From assembly GCA_963771075.1 (NCBI GenBank), contig CAVYSE010000003.1, forward strand, positions 96,001 to 160,000: a DNA stretch of 64,000 nt, in the 5' to 3' direction. Under the pieces are notes generated by a model. It made no database searches. It had not been told where the DNA came from and saw only the letters and a program-made list of their open reading frames with translations. The number at the start of each line of letters is the position of its first letter. Position 1 is the stretch's first letter. This DNA comes from a candidate division FCPU426 bacterium (GTDB taxonomy: Bacteria; Oederibacteriota; Muellerivitia; Muellerivitales; Muellerivitaceae). Position numbers and translations under genes: made by a program. This document shows, in pieces, positions 63,128 through 64,000 of this stretch.

Positions 63128-64000
63128 CTAGACCTGTTTCTGCTCGCTCAAGGGCGTCTCGGTGATGATGACCTTGTAGCCCAGCAGGCGCTCGGCCTCC
63201 TCGATGCCCCCCTGCAGGTCGCCGACCGCGTTGATCTTGCCCAGGTCGACCCCGATGGTCACCAGGGTTTGGGCGATCTCGGAGGAAAGCCCCGTCACGA
63301 TGACGCTGGCCCCCATCAGGCGGGAGGCGTCCACCGTCTGCACCAGGTGGTTGGCCACGGTGGCGTCCACCGAGGGCACGCCGGTGATGTCGATGACGAC
63401 CACCTTGGCGCGGTTGGCCCGGATGCCCCGCAAAAGCTGTTCCGTGACCTGGCGGGCGCGCTGGGAATCGATGACGCCGATGATGGGAAGGATCAGGAGC
63501 CTCTCGCGCACCTGCAGGACCGGGGTGGAAAGCTCCCGGATGGCCTCCTGCTGTTGGCGGATGATGCGCTCGCGCTCCTGGACGAAACCCACGCCCACCG
63601 TGTTGGCGATGCGGTTGGCGGCCGGTTCGTAGGCGTCCAAGACCCGGTTCAACAGCGCGAAATCGGTTTGGTATTTGCCGAAAAGGGACCGAGCCAGCAC
63701 GTCACGAAGGAGAAGCACGATCCCCAGCACTTCCTGGGTTTCCACGCCCCGGGGAATGATGCGTTCCGAGAGGTTGCGGGCGTAGGCCTGGAGGGCCTCC
63801 ACCGATCCCGATTCCAGGACTTCCACGTAGTTGTCGTAGACCGAGGTGGCCTCGGCGAAGATCTCCTCCTTCGTCATGGCCATGAGCAGTTTGGCCTCGA
63901 TGATGCGCCGCACCCACTCTTCCCGGAGCTGGGTGCGGTTTTGCCTCAAGTGGGCCACCAGTTCCCTCAGACAGGTCGGCGGTGGACTCGGGGGAAAGCC
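63128..64000 (-). CDS. rsbR: stressosome STAS protein RsbR (start at or beyond window end)
   Basis: ELSTPV, LPIIGVIDSQRA, IDITGV, AQTLV; helical N-terminal domain. Confidence 0.93.
   Translation of the reverse strand, partial: GFPPSPPPTCLRELVAHLRQNRTQLREEWVRRIIEAKLLMAMTKEEIFAEATSVYDNYVEVLESGSVEALQAYARNLSERIIPRGVETQEVLGIVLLLRDVLARSLFGKYQTDFALLNRVLDAYEPAANRIANTVGVGFVQERERIIRQQQEAIRELSTPVLQVRERLLILPIIGVIDSQRARQVTEQLLRGIRANRAKVVVIDITGVPSVDATVANHLVQTVDASRLMGASVIVTGLSSEIAQTLVTIGVDLGKINAVGDLQGGIEEAERLLGYKVIITETPLSEQKQV

Overview
Bacterial chromosomal segment of moderately high GC. Housekeeping genes (typA, recQ, hisG, rlmN, rpe, ffh, a YifB/ComM ATPase) and signalling genes (8-PAS kinase plus sigma54 regulator, TonB receptor-YfiR, rsbRSTX stressosome) alternate with three accessory zones. 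Zone 1 (3.9-10.6 kb) holds a 3'-half tRNA-Leu, an IS1111-type IS110 element sitting in a GGGGTCA motif, a vapBC pair, a RAYT (Y1 HUH) transposase with 26-bp terminal inverted repeats, and an IS4 with a 9-bp TSD. Zone 2 (19.7-22.9 kb) is an ATPase + toxin-antitoxin island between ~308-bp direct repeats. Zone 3 (52.6-57.1 kb) is the most striking: co-oriented small genes, each separated by a polar GTCCAC..GGGGAC..GTGGAC palindrome. It resembles an integron cassette array but has no attC consensus, and no integrase is present in the window. A group II intron with apparently swapped boundary nucleotides has inserted into one of these palindromes, and its EBS1 matches the repeat arm. All calls are by eye; no searches were run.
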